From positions 42,656,001 through 42,720,000 of the forward strand of contig OX597820.1 in NCBI GenBank assembly GCA_951406725.2: DNA of 64,000 nucleotides, written 5' to 3'. Made by a program: the position numbers and the translations under genes. Source of the stretch: Octopus vulgaris. Its lineage: Eukaryota. Shown here one piece after another: positions 42,371-55,711 of this stretch. The first letter of the stretch is position 1; each line of letters starts with the position of its first letter. The notes beneath the pieces were generated by a model. That model saw only the letters and a list, made by a program, of their open reading frames with translations, was not told where the DNA came from and searched no databases.

Positions 42371-43879
42371 CGATTATGTTCACACATGTATGTATTTATA
42401 TGTAGAGTTGTAGACTTGTCAATGCAGGAATACTTAAATGCACATACATATGTGTACATGACAGCATTTGTGTTTATCCATATATTCATATAAATAGGAG
42501 AACAAAGTGTACGTATGACGCTGTATGTATATATATATATATATATACACTCATATAGAATGGGACAAGAACACAACGCATCCGGACAGCTGGGTGATGC
42601 AAAAAGGGACAACAAGTCAACCAGATAGACGATACAAAGAAAGCAATGACGGGTCATTCGAAGTTCCCCCTCTTCAGTCAAGCACCACATTATCTTCTCA
42701 AATTTCGGCTGATTATTATTTAGATTGCTCCAATTTGGCCAGCTCCAAGGAAAAACTAAGCTAAGAGCATTAGATTCCTTGGAAGAAAGCAGCGAATGTA
42801 TACAAAAACAAGGACGGAAAAAACGGACAATGTTACACAAATATAAATACAATAAAAAAATACAATAAAAATAATAACAGGACATAACAACAGGTGCCTT
42901 TCGACTAAGGACGAATTGAATTAAGCTGGCGCGTGATACAAAAATTTCACAAATACGGGGAAGAATATCGATGTTGTACGGACAAGCGCGTAAATACAGG
43001 GTTTAAAAACCCTGCATGTATATTAAGACGAAGTTCATCCGTGGATCTTGAACCTACATGTGCTATAAACAACTAGTGTTTTACAACTAGTGGGGCCAAA
43101 CAATTCTTCTAATAAAGTTTCTAAATTGGATTGAGAAATTCAAAAGCTTGCTTCAGCCCAATGCTATAAAGCGTCTATCATATTTTCGATGGCAATATTA
43201 CCACTACAAAACTCTCTTAGTCTGTATGTGTTCGTATAAATTAAGTATCGTATGTACTCATTATATAATCCTCTGTTGTTCTTTTTTATTTAAATAATTC
43301 AAACTGCGTGTACAATGTGATTTCCAATGAGAATAATTTGTTCGACCGCGGGTAACTAAATCTTCAGTCACTAACAATGTTTCGAGAATTAAAGTCTCTA
43401 AAATCATGTTGGAATTCAACAACCAAAGTGAGCAAAAGCTCTCCTACACAAGTCTGGAACTGAAGACAAAAGCTGCAGAGAGGGACTAAAGAATAGTGAA
43501 ACATATGGTGTCTATGGCTAAGATGTGTATGAATAACTGATGAAACTTGAAATAAAGCTGAATAATAACATACATACTCAACTATATAAGTTGCTACAAA
43601 CGACCCTGGATGCGAAATTGCACCAGCCTATGACCGATGAACATCTCTATGGAAACCTTTTAAAAGTGAACAATAAGAGCCCAATCGAGTGTAAAAGAGA
43701 GACATGCGCGCACGCACGCACATATACATCTATCTGCGTGTGTGCTTGCATTACACTTATGATTGTGTATAGCAGAAACTATGATAAACACTAGTTTATA
43801 TTATCTGATCCCTATGCATGCTTCCCCGTTGCAACTGGATGCTTAACTAAAACGGATCATCAGAAAAAAACTTTAAGGC

Positions 43880-43939
<60 letters not shown>

Positions 43940-43942
<3 letters not shown>

Positions 43943-44178
43943 GGTGCATTAGGCATAATGAAAAAATATTCAGACAAATACATAACAAAAATACAAGGAC
44001 TTACAAACACATATAATATACAGAAAATTGCTTTACTAGGCACTGCACACATCCTACGCAGAACACTTTCATTACAGTAACCATCAGAGCATCACACCAA
44101 ATCACAGCACATACCCAAGGCACACAGAGCTGCGCTCGGTAGTGAAGTGAAAGCACGCTATAAAAATAAAACTACTGA

Positions 44179-44180
<2 letters not shown>
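43940..44180 (+). mobile_element. 3' end of a Dong-like RLE LINE embedded in (AAT)n
   Basis: IGALGIMKKYSDKYITKIQGLTNTYNIQKIALLGTAHILRRTLSLQ*, then a ~100-nt UTR. Pure (AAT)n on both sides. Confidence 0.88.
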
Positions 44181-44246
<66 letters not shown>

Positions 44247-44299
44247 CCCGAACCTGATACAGCAAGTAGTAAGTCGCTCTCCGTTCTCAATCATGCGCA

Positions 44300-45010
44300 G
44301 CTAGGTAGCAGTGTTATGATTTGTCCACTCTTTAATGTTGTCAAAGCAAGATTTTCTGCCTATCTCTCTTTCGTCCTCCCTCAAATGTGTCCTGAAAAGT
44401 GATTTTGGACAGGGAGTTGACATGGCCGTACCAGACAAGCTTCCGTATTTATACCGGCGCAAAGAGTGTTTACTGTCTGCTAGTGTATTTGTGGTTTTGC
44501 TGCCTGAGAAAGCTGTTCGTTTTATTCTCTGCGTGCAGAATGTGTAGCATCCTTCTGAAGTACTTGTTTCAAATGCCTGGATTTTTCTCACAAAAGGATC
44601 AAACTCACTAGGGAATTATTTACTCTGAATCTCTCGTGGAAATCTCATGGAATTGCTTTTCCATATTGTGTTAATCTTCGCTATGGCAGCAGAAAATAAA
44701 CTGAGACTTGTGTTAATTCTTGATAGGACCAGCTGTCCTTGGTCAAAGTGGATCCTAAGTACTTGAAGATGTCTACTTTGTCAAGACTTTTTCCCTTCAG
44801 CATAATGTTGTTTGTGTGTTTCGGTGGTTAATTTTAAACAGGAGCTTACTCTTTTATGGGCTGATCTGCATCCCATATGCTCCAGTTACTTTTTCCAGCC
44901 AGGTGATGAGCTTCTGTAGTTCATCTTCCTTGTGTCCTAACAGGTCAATATTATCAGCCACGTGCAATAAATAATAATAATGATAATAATAATAATAATA
45001 ATAATAATAA

Positions 45011-45075
<65 letters not shown>

Positions 45076-45400
45076 ATAATAATAATAATTACTATTAAGG
45101 TGGAAGGTTGAAATGGGTCGTTCTCCAATGAAAGGTGAAGATTTGGAGTGTCTCTTACATGGTGTTCTCCACGAATTTGTTGAAAAGCAATAGAAGGAGG
45201 AGATCCTTGTAGAACACACACCGTTGCCATGGAGAAATCTTAGCCGTATTTGTTCAGAAGAACTGCACTACCTGAGTTTTTATACAGTACATGGATTACT
45301 TTGGTTACTTGATTGTTGTCGAAGTTGTAATTCTTCATCTGCCTTACCCTATTGTGTCAAGCACGGTCAAAAGTATTTTTGAAGATGAATGATGCAAGTT
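44300..45400 (-). mobile_element. RTE-clade LINE RT/C-terminal relic
   Basis: ADNIDLLGHKEDELQKL..AYGMQIS, FKYLGS, RKIQAFE, DNIKEWT. Interrupted by a (TAA/TAG)n tract at ~44966-45095. Confidence 0.85.
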
Positions 45401-47295
45401 ACCAAGACAGGCAAATTAAGATGCTGCTAGAGTTATAGAACAATTAGTCTAATTAGTCCCCTCCCCCAGGAGAGTATTTCTAAGAGTCCTGTAAATCAGC
45501 ATTAAGGGAGAGGCATGAGAAATTCTTGCAGAAGAAATGGCAGGTTTTAACCCCAAAACGAGTACTCTGAAGTACGTATTTAACATTAGCCTGCTTAACG
45601 ATACAATATATTACATAGAATATATAATATCTGCACACACGCAGATATATGTATATGTGTTTGCATGTGTTTATATGTGAGTGGAGGGTTGAACAGAAGT
45701 TAGACGAAAGCACAGCAAACGGGAAACTAGAAGAAAACTTAACAAATGGGAAATTAGACAAAGACACGATACACGGAATATTCGCAGCTAAGTTTTCCTC
45801 ATGAGTCAATGATGCAAAATATCATGGCAGTTTCACGACAGTTACCATCGATACTGCTCATTTTTGCTGGCGCCAGAGTTTTTATTAAGCTACTGAGGAA
45901 AGCTAGCGAATGTATACTAAGACAGAAACAAACAAGACATTGCATAACTATAATAGCACGAAGCCTTGCGGATATATGCAACGGAAGAAGAAATTAATAG
46001 TTATACATATACCACCACAAATACAACAGAAAGAGCTTTGCAGCTATCGGACGAACTTAGTGGAGTTGCGCAAAGAGTAAATGGAGAAAGTCTTGGAGGA
46101 CAAAGCGGGAGCCGAGGCTAGCAATGACCAGTTAGGTCGAACGTAGGGTAAAAAACAGCAACACTGCCTTCGCCGGACACCGCTCACGTGCTAGGCAAGG
46201 GAGGCAAGCGAGGGTGGAAAGAGAGAGTAAGTGTGGGGATATACACACTAACAAACATACGTACATACATACACACACAAACACATGCATATATATAGAA
46301 AGACAGATAGAAAGACAGATAGACAGACAGACAGACAGATAGATAGATACACACATATATTCACACACGTGCGCTTATATGTGTGTATATATATATACAT
46401 ATATTATTGAAATGGATAAATGAATTAACTTGTTACGGATTATTCAAATGATAACCGATACCTTTTTTTCAGCTGCTATATCATTAATAGCTGCTATATC
46501 TCTCTCCCTTGCAGCCTTCTAAACACACTGCCACACATACATAGGCGCACCCACACATACATGTAGGCATTTTCTCACACCCAAACACTATAGCACTCAT
46601 TCTTAAAACAATTCGAATATTAACACCAGTCATACAGAATACATTCACACTCTTTGATTTTCCTGTAACCCTCGCCCCTGTTGGCCGGATTTTGACCTTG
46701 AAGTATCTCAACGGACTTTTTCGTCGGCTTTCACCCAGCCTGGCGTCAACGCATATTGAGAGACAGTTTTGGGCCATTTATCCCATGGGCTCCTCGCGAG
46801 CGTTTGTCGAAAAGCTTGCTGTGCATTTTGTTGGAGAATTAAGTCCCTGGATTTTCCTGAAGAGAAGGCTGCAAAATGGTCTCCTTATTCAATCCGAATT
46901 AGGGACTTTGCAGCCTTTGAAACATATGTAGAAAATAATAAAAAGGAATTTTCTTAAATCTTCGTTCAGCTCCATTTCTTCCTACACTAAATATATATAT
47001 ATGTATGTATGTACGAAAACTTTTCAATCTACGGAGAAATAGCTCATTTAGCCTTGTTTATATATCTTCTACATTGGTTACATATATTATATCATGCATT
47101 AATAAATAAACGGTTAATATCTTCGCTATGCAAATTAGTAGACCCTGTTCTCTATACCTTCTGGAACTAAAGAGTATATAAATAGATTTGCTGCTTTTTT
47201 CTATAAGATTGGTCAAAATAATATTCGCACTTCTGATGAGAAGCTAGCATCTGGTATTTAATAAATAGTTAATGTGTATATATATATATATACTC

Positions 47296-47482
47296 TTACT
47301 CTCTTTTACTTGTTTCAGTCATTTGACTGCGGCCATGCTGGAGCGCCGCCTTTATTCGAGCACATCAACCCCATGACTTATTTTTTGTAAGCCTAGTACT
47401 TATTCTATCGGCTCTTTTGCTGAACCGCTAAGTTACGGAGACGTAAACACACCAGGATCGATTGTCAAACGACGTTAGGAGG

Positions 47483-47553
<71 letters not shown>

Positions 47554-47716
47554 CATACGACGGGCTTCTTTCAGTTTCCGTCTACCAAATCAACTCACAA
47601 GGCTTTGGTTGGCCCGAGGTTATAGTAGAAGACACTTGCCCAAGGTGTTCAGTGAGACTGAACCCGGAACCATGTAGTTCGTAAGCAAGCTACTTACCAC
47701 ACAGCCACTCCTATGC
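47296..47716 (-). mobile_element. SINE family C (tRNA head, CORE-like segment, internal microsatellite)
   Basis: Minus GGCATAGGAGTGGCTGTGTGGTAAG..GGGTTCAGTC..ACCTTGGGCAAGTGTCTT. (CA)n(TA)n at 47483-47557. The tail ends ..GAAACAAGTAAAAGAG. Confidence 0.85.
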
Positions 47717-48739
47717 CTGTATATATATGTGTATGTATGTATGTTATGTATGTATATATATATATGCATGTATGTATGTATGTATGTATGTGTGTGTGTG
47801 TGCATTGTGTATGTGTATATGCGCCAGATTGTGAGTTGTGTGACATGTGTCAGCGCAAGTTTGTCAACCTGTTTTCTCGCAGATTATCGATCAGACAAAT
47901 TTATAGTAAACACATTTCCAAGGTGCTACGTATTAAACTTGATCATGGAACCGCCTGATTCCGAAAGGAGTTTCTTAGCTACAACACCAAAAATAAGCTT
48001 TTATAGATAAACACTTATAAATACGTATATTCATTGCCGTATTTGTGTGTATTTGTGTGTTTTTATGTATGCAGATGTTGCTCTATATGTATGCGTTTGT
48101 TTATTTGTATATGTGCTGGCTGGATGTATGTGTGGGATCGTGTATTTACGTAATGCATACATATTTATATGTAATACATATAAAATATAATGATTTCCTA
48201 TTAAGGCAAGGAGCCAAGCGCATATTAAGTATAAACTTGGAAGAAATTGCGAGAGGATGTTAGAGAAAAGCAACGAGGGTTAAGCTAGTGAGTGAGAGAG
48301 AAAGTATGGTTAACAGAATATGAATAAATATAGATATAGATGATTTAGATATTTGATAGAAAATTTGAAGTCAGAGGGGAAAAATATATAGGGAGAATCA
48401 GAGCGTAGCAGCAAAAGAGTGAAAGCGATTAAGAGAGAGAGAGGGGGGAAGTTAAAGACGATATTTATATGTTGACGGAATTACATCACAGTGAAAATAT
48501 ATGAAATTTACTTTATCACTATTTCTATAAAATATTGATACATGTGCTGCAATTTTTGTCGTTGTGGTGGTTGTTTAGCCCTCGGTATCCTTCCCCAGAC
48601 CTACAGACCTACAATTAAAGACCTAACACTGGCATTCATGTTACATCCACCTTCTGACTCTTTAGCCACAGGTCAGCCCCAGTCCAACAGACCTATGTCT
48701 AAAGTCCTTCCAAACATGCTCACTCTTTGATTATTTCAA

Positions 48740-49178
48740 GTATCAGATCATCCCATAAGTTCTGTCCGATTTTAGCTTATTTAAAATTGAATGGAATTTA
48801 ATAGTATTTTAGAATGTCTAATGGACCTAAAAATTACTTTTACGCATTTGTGTACATTTTAACTAATTAAATATTATTTTACAGAATAATAGAATTAAAA
48901 TGTCTTTGATTAAAACCCTTTCTAACATGGAAGTAGCCAAAGAGCATTTAAGTACATAATGCTTTATGAGTACAAAAAAAAAGGAAACTCTGCAGCCGAA
49001 GCGACTCGAAACATGCACTCAGTTTATGGGAAATAATGCTTGAATGAAAGAACTTGCAGAAGATGGTTTGCAAAATTCAGAAGTGGAGATTTCAGCCTTG
49101 AAGATGACGATTGAACAGGATGTCCATTTGAGTGTGATGATAAGCTCCTTCAGGCATTACTTGAAGAAAATCCTGGTA
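48740..49178 (+). mobile_element. mariner 5' end (putative TIR + HTH domain), truncated by a SINE
   Basis: MEVAKEH..MLYEYKKGNSAAEATRNMHSVYG..LNERTCRRWFAKFRSGDFSLEDD (Mos1-like N-terminus), with frameshifts. Confidence 0.85.
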
Positions 49179-49187
49179 GCAACAACT

Positions 49188-49500
49188 GACACTCTATCGG
49201 TTACGACGAAGAGGGTTCAAGTTGATCCGCTGAACGGAATACCCTACTCGTGAAAAATAACGTGTATATGTTTGAGCAATCTACAGAGACGCGTAACCTT
49301 GAAGTAGTTCTCAGGAAGATTCAGCTTGGAAAAGGATGTGACAAGGCTGGGCGTTTGAAATATAAGTACTACTCATTGTTGATAGGTGAATGGATAGAGT
49401 CACGTGAAACAAAATGTGAGGCAATGCATCGCCGGGAATCGGACACACGACCTTACGATGGTAAGCCGCCTATCCCCCAACTACTAAGCCATACGCCTTC
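49188..49500 (-). mobile_element. SINE family B (core 2 + tail 1), diverged
   Basis: Collinear with 34237-34558. Confidence 0.78.
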
Positions 49501-49699
49501 ACTATGTGGAAGGAACAACTACAGTAGGGATTTACAGGTATAGTGTAAGGTAATTTCCTCATGATGTTAGTAGTGGTTAAACGGGGATTATCCTTCTTGA
49601 TGGTTATGATAGGTACAGCGAGAATGATGCGCGCAAAGCGGTTAATATGCAGATGAAGAACTTATTATAATATTGGTCAGAACAGTGATATATGTGAAT

Positions 49700-49889
49700 A
49701 TGGTTTAAATTAGGGGAGGAGATAGTCGATTACATCCACCGCAGTAATCAAGTGGTACTAATTTTATCGACACCGAAAGGATGAATGGCAAAGTTGACTT
49801 TGGCGGAATTTGAACTCAGAACGTGAAGGCGGACGATATATCGCTAAGCATTTTACCCAGCGTGCTAACGATTCTGCCAGCTCACCCTT

Positions 49890-49890
<1 letters not shown>
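49700..49890 (-). mobile_element. SINE family A
   Basis: ATCGACACCGAAAGGATGAATGGCAAAGTTGAC..GAATTTGAACTCAGAACG..TTCTGCCAGCTC, next to (AAT)n. Confidence 0.85.
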
Positions 49891-49961
<71 letters not shown>

Positions 49962-50282
49962 CCTTTTTATTCTAAGAACACTACCATTTCTCTCTGTGCG
50001 ATAATGCAAAAGACCATATTTAGTAAATCTTAAAACTTTACTATCTACTATTAGTTTTCTTTTCTTGTTGACTCTCAGTGAGTATTCCAAAATGCAAACA
50101 TCCTTTTCATTGCAAAAGTCCTACTGTATTCTCCAACTGGACAGGCAAACTAACATCGCAAAAAAACTTAAAATCTGTAATATATTACCCAAATACGAAA
50201 GCACACCTCTTATTGCAACAACACGATTGAATTCAGAATTTCAAAAATTCAACGACGTGAATATTAATATATATGTGTGTAC

Positions 50283-50341
<59 letters not shown>

Positions 50342-50639
50342 TATATATTTATGTGTGTGTGTGTGTGTGTGTGCCTGCGTGTATATGTATGTGTATATAT
50401 ATATATATATATTATTGTTGTTTTTTCTACTATTAATTACAAATAGAACAGGTTCAATTGCTTCTTTTCAAGGTAGCGCTCTCAACGGCCACTGGTAGTA
50501 GTAAACACATTTGACCTCTTCTGACCCAAAGGATTCAAAGATTCTTATGTCTCTATGGCTGACCTCTCCACCATATGCCGAATCTATTTATAGACTTGTA
50601 GGACATGATCTATTCACCAAACTGCTACCCAACTACTGG

Positions 50640-50810
<171 letters not shown>

Positions 50811-51184
50811 GCTGCAGCTGCTGATACTAAATACTATTAATACTACAACTACTTCTATTATGATAGCACAGGAATCTGAGGCCCAACTACCACCCCCACC
50901 ACTGCTACTGTTGCTGTTGCTGCAACCACTACTGCTGCTACACATAAAAACAATAATATCAGTGATATCAGAGATGATAATAATCATAATAATGAAAGGA
51001 AACGGGTGGAGCCTCATCCTCATGGGCTGATTAATGATACTTCTAGTGATGGTGTCACAATAAAAACACTGGTAATTGTGCAACCTGATAATCACTACAT
51101 CATATGAGTGAAAATGCAAAAACAAAATATGAATAACGGTGGTAATGAAACTGAAGCCAATGATGGTGGCAGTGTTACACCCGG

Positions 51185-53150
51185 TAGTCTCAGAGATTCT
51201 GGTCTGGCTCCACTTTTCGATATCCAGAAAGGGGCCACCACACGCAGCGTAGATGGAGCAAGAAAATTAATGCTGTGGTCACGGAGTGTTACTACCTGAG
51301 CAGCCCGGTAGATGAAAATGGTACTCAAATTAGGGGTTATCGACAACGTATGTATGATCATTGGAGTGAAAAGAGATTTTTCAACTCAAGCAACAGAGAC
51401 TATGTGATCAAGCTAGAGCAATAAGAAAAAAATGTAGGTTCACAGAAGTAGAGCTCGAAGCTATCAAAAGACGAGTCATGGAAAATAGCAGCGGAAATAA
51501 CAATAAAAATACAGTTCTTACTAATAAGAGTAATTTCATAGCACAGAAAAGGAGCAGTGGTAGTTTGCTTGATGAGAGACATATAGATCTAAAACAAGAC
51601 AATAAAATTAATAGTGACATGACAGATGAACAAAAGGTACTCTACGACAGAAGAAAGGTAAGACTACAGGAGAACTATAGCGACATTATTTTCAACATTA
51701 AAAAGGTTGATCGGTGGAAATTGAGCCAAGAAACGAAAAATGTCAATGAAATTATGAAATACATCAGAAGAAACAACATCACAGAAATAAATAATTTCAT
51801 CAAGACAGCAGGCATTGTTGTAGCAGAAAATGTGAGTGTCGATATCAAGAAAAAGAAACATAATGGGAGTGACAAAAAAAAAGATCCATAGTGGAAAAGA
51901 AGAATCCAGGCAGGGTTAGACATGCTCTCGAAGGAAATCTCTGAGCAGAAGGGTTGCAAGCGTATGTGCAGAGTTACCAAGGATCAACTCCTGATAGACA
52001 AAACTGTTCTCAGAGACTGCAAGAGGAGGAAAACTAACTTAGCCGTGTCATGGATCGACGGAATAAGATTGATATGGAGCAGGGGTAATCGCATGAACAG
52101 TAGACGAAATAAACAGCTTAGACAAAAAGACAAGGAAGTAATTAACTAGATATGGGTCACTCCACCCAAAAAGTGACACAGACAAGAAAAAGAGGGGGAG
52201 CAGGACTTATTGGATGCGAACATAGCATTAGAGCAAAAGAAAACAACATAGCATGGTATGTAAAAATGCTACAGAACCGCTATTATTAGAAGTAAGGTCA
52301 GGCTTGTGTAGGATGAAAGACTGCAAAGATAAAGCACTATACAAGAAATTGAAAACGAATGAAAGTGAAAATATCTTGGTAAAGATGAGAATGCATGGAC
52401 AATTTCATAGGGATAATGAAGATAAGTCAGAGAAAAAAGATGGCTGTAGATGACTAAAAGTGATTTAAAACCGGAAACGGAGGCTCTAATCTGTGCTGCC
52501 CAAGAACACTAAGAACGAAATACATAAAATACAGAATAGACAACACGTCAGAAAGTGATAAGTTCAGAATCTGTGGACAGAATGGTGAAAACTTATGGCA
52601 TGTTACCAGCCCAAGTATGTCACTAGCCCAGAAGAAATGTAAGAGACGCCACGACAATATAGCCAGGCACTTTGCAACAAGTATGGATTTGACAGAGCAG
52701 GAAATTGGTACGACAAGCCCGAAGGCATCATCGAAAATGATAATGCAAAGATCCTGTGGGATTTTATGATTCAGTGCGACCATGAGATAGAGAATAGGAA
52801 GTGAGACATGGTCTTAATTGAGAAAGAAAATAAACTATGCTCGATCATAGATACAGCATGCCCAAATAACAAGGTATGCGATAAGGAAGAAAGAAAATTC
52901 GATAGATATGACAAGTTAGCTTGGGAGGTTAATCAGTTGTGGTCGATGAAAAAGGTGGTAGTAGCACCAATAACCGTCGGAGCCCTGTGAACCGTGAGTA
53001 AAAATCTTGAGAAGTACATGGAGCAAATAGGGGCTGCAATAAGGGTGGAGCATTTGCAGAAAACAGCACTGCTTGAGTGGGATGGGTTGGGCTTCGTATA
53101 TTTTACCCCAGTGTCGCTTTGATGGCATGCACTGCTCTCTCACTCAATAA
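51185..53150 (+). mobile_element. RLE-type (R4/Dong-like) LINE with large internal deletions
   Basis: [129 protein letters not shown]. The central RT including YxDD is absent. Confidence 0.88.
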
Positions 53151-53194
53151 TGATAATAATCCTTTTTTTATTAGCTTCAAGGTCCACACACAAA

Positions 53195-53240
53195 AACATA
53201 TGATGAAGGCTGGAGGGTATATCAGCCGAAACGTTGTGTT
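53195..53240 (+). ncRNA. degenerate minimal hammerhead motif
   Basis: aacat ATGATGA a-ggctg-(10 nt)-cagcc GAAA c GTT gtgtt. One core substitution (C3A). Confidence 0.6.
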
Positions 53241-53289
53241 AACTACAAACAAGATAAGGACAAATATCCGTCAAATATAAATAATGTAT

Positions 53290-54660
53290 AAAAGTCTCTT
53301 TTGTTGGGAGTGCGCTGTAGGCTGCAGTTGTGTCCGCGCACCTCTCGAAGTTTGGATCCACATGTGTCACATCTGGGTTTCCTGCCTTCCACAATGACAC
53401 GAAGTTCCATCTCATTGAGTAAATGAATCAAGTCCAGGATCTTTTGGATGCTTCTGGTTTCACATGGGTTAATACTTCAAATTTGATCCCACAGTTCTCT
53501 CTGCTGATCCTTTTCACTTACGGAAGTGACTCTGGGTCTCAGACCACACAACCGACAATCCAAAAGACGATTACGCCCGGTGGTACGGCATTCACTCTGA
53601 TTCTTACTGTTCTCTTTGAGAGGTAGGTGGGATAGCGGACCCACTCCTCACTTCGCAGGACTAACACTGCGTGCCTTTGCACGAGGTCCCCGCTTTCAAA
53701 GAGGACCTCAATGCTGGTTAACTGCCTCCCTCTCTGTATATGAGTCACATCCCTGAGGGCTCAAATGGTCTCTGAGAGCCTTCTGAACATTAATAGAAGG
53801 TTATTTCAGCCTTCCAGGTTTTTCCTTGATACGCATTTGAAATAAATGGTATTCCTCTCTTTTGCCTCTGTTACTTTGGCGGGTACTAGTACTCTCAAGT
53901 TGGATGATATCTTTTGCTTTTGTGAGTTCACGCGCTTTGACATCGCATATATTTCTCTTTTTGTGTTTACTATATCAGCAATCCTTTTATTTTTGTTATT
54001 ACTTTTATTGTCATCGTCGTTGCTGCTGCTGCTGCCGTTGTTGTTGTTGCTGTTGTTACTGCTGCTGTTGTTACTGCTGCTGTTGTTACTGTTGGTGGTG
54101 ATGGTGATGAAGTTGTGGCCACTTCCACCGTTTCCACACTCCATACTGCCGTCACCGCCTTCCATTGTGTTCTCAATTGCGTGACTGTTGCTAACACTAT
54201 TACTACTACTTCTGAGTAGCTGCTGTCGCCGCCGCCGCCGCCCTCTGCTATCATTGCCATCACTGCTGTTGCCAACGCTTTCACTGCTTCTACTACGAGG
54301 TAGACTTTGAACCCCACCTCTCCTGTAATATTGCCAGTAACGGAAGAAGGGGAGGGAAATCTTCTACATTCAAAACATTTTTTTGTTGTTTTTCAGGAGG
54401 GGCAGTTTCTTTCCTCAACTCCTTCAAGATGCGCTCCGCCATCTTGTTGAATTGTAAGCGATTGCACACCCGACGAAATTATTTGGTGGGCCGAATATGA
54501 CCCCGTGAGAGGCTACGCAAATATAGGAAAACCAGTGACTAGTTCCTGGAGTTTCTATTAACAAGTGGGAACAATTGTACTATGAAATATCATCGCCAAC
54601 TGGTATAAACAGTGTTTTAAAAATAAACTCACCCGAAGCGTTCGAAGACACGTCCGATGT
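53290..54660 (-). mobile_element. probable LINE (Tx1/L1-like) 5' end and ORF1 with decayed zinc knuckle
   Basis: Minus: YLSKRTVRIRVNAVPP..WIV, LRVIVEGRKPRCDTCGSK..H..C, preceded by a low-complexity Thr/Ala tract. Clade assignment is tentative. Confidence 0.5.
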
Positions 54661-54684
54661 CCTTAATAACAATAATGATAATAA

Positions 54685-55221
54685 TTCTTTCTACTATAGG
54701 TACAATGCCTGAAATTTGTGAGCAGGGGACTAGTCGATTACATGATACCTAATTTATCGACCCCGAAAAGATGAAAAACAAATTCGACCTCGGCGAAATT
54801 TGAACTTAAAACGTAGCGGCGAACGAAATACATATTTCTTTACTACCCACAAGGGGCTAAACACGGAGAGGACAGACAAACGGGTTAAGTCGAATATATC
54901 GACTCCAGTGTGTAACTGGTACTTATTTAATCGACCCCGAAAGGATGAAAGGCAAAGTCGACCTCGGCGGAATTTGAACTCAGAACGTAGCGGCAGGCGA
55001 ATTACCTATTTCTTTACTACCCACAAGGGGGCTAAACTCAGAGAGGACAAACAAGGACAGACAAACGGATTAAGTCGATTACATCGACCCCTGTGCGCAA
55101 CTGGTACTTAATTTATAGACCCCGAAAGGATGAAAGGCAAAGTCGAACTCGGAGGAATTTGAACTCAGAACGTAAATGCAAATGAAATAAGGCTACGCAT
55201 TTCGCCCGGCGTGCTAACGTT
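54685..55221 (-). mobile_element. trimeric family A SINE
   Basis: One head (55180-55221) and three B-box + core units. Two internal units end in the TTTCTTTACTACCCACAAGGGG-type tail. Confidence 0.88.
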
Positions 55222-55677
55222 TCTGCCAGCTCGCCGCCTTCATTATAGTATTGCAAGTATTGAAGTTATCGTTGTTATTTTTGCTTCACTTTTGTCGGTA
55301 TTGTCATTCTCGTCGTCGTCGTCGTCGTTGTCGTTGTTGTTGTTGTTGTAGGTGGTGGTGGTGGTATCGCTGCTGCTGCTGATGTTATCGGTCGTATATA
55401 ATGGTTGTAATAGAATGCTGCTGCTGACTGATTTTATAATAGCATCTATTTTTTTTATTTTGCTATTGCACTCGTGTATTAATAGTGAAAATGCTAACCG
55501 GTATAGAATTATTATTATTATTATTACAAGAAGAAGTAGTTGTAGTAGTAGTTTTTGTTATTGTACAACTGCAGTAGCAGCATCCCGTAATGCGTTGATG
55601 TTGGGTATAGTATCGATAGTGATGGTGGCTGTGGCAATTGTAGTATTGATGATGACACTACTACTACTACTACTGCA

Positions 55678-55711
<34 letters not shown>

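Noticed and set aside
42560-43080. Hammerhead-like CTGAAGA on minus near 42670
   Set aside because: It is followed by GAAT rather than GAAA and I could not build stems I and III. It may be a PLE remnant but this is unsupported.
43400-43680. Possible RTE-like LINE relic (..EHLYGNL)
   Set aside because: Only one short motif is recognisable, too weak to call.
45795-45820. Adjacent AP-1 (TGAGTCA) and ATF/CEBP-like (TGATGCAA) motifs
   Set aside because: Short motifs are expected by chance in 64 kb, and there is no linked gene.
46620-46980. Balanced-GC unique stretch with short ORFs on both strands
   Set aside because: No recognisable domain or consistent splice pair.
47234-47260. CTGATGA occurrences (also ~31241, ~35340)
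   Set aside because: No stem II + GAAA + NUH arrangement follows.
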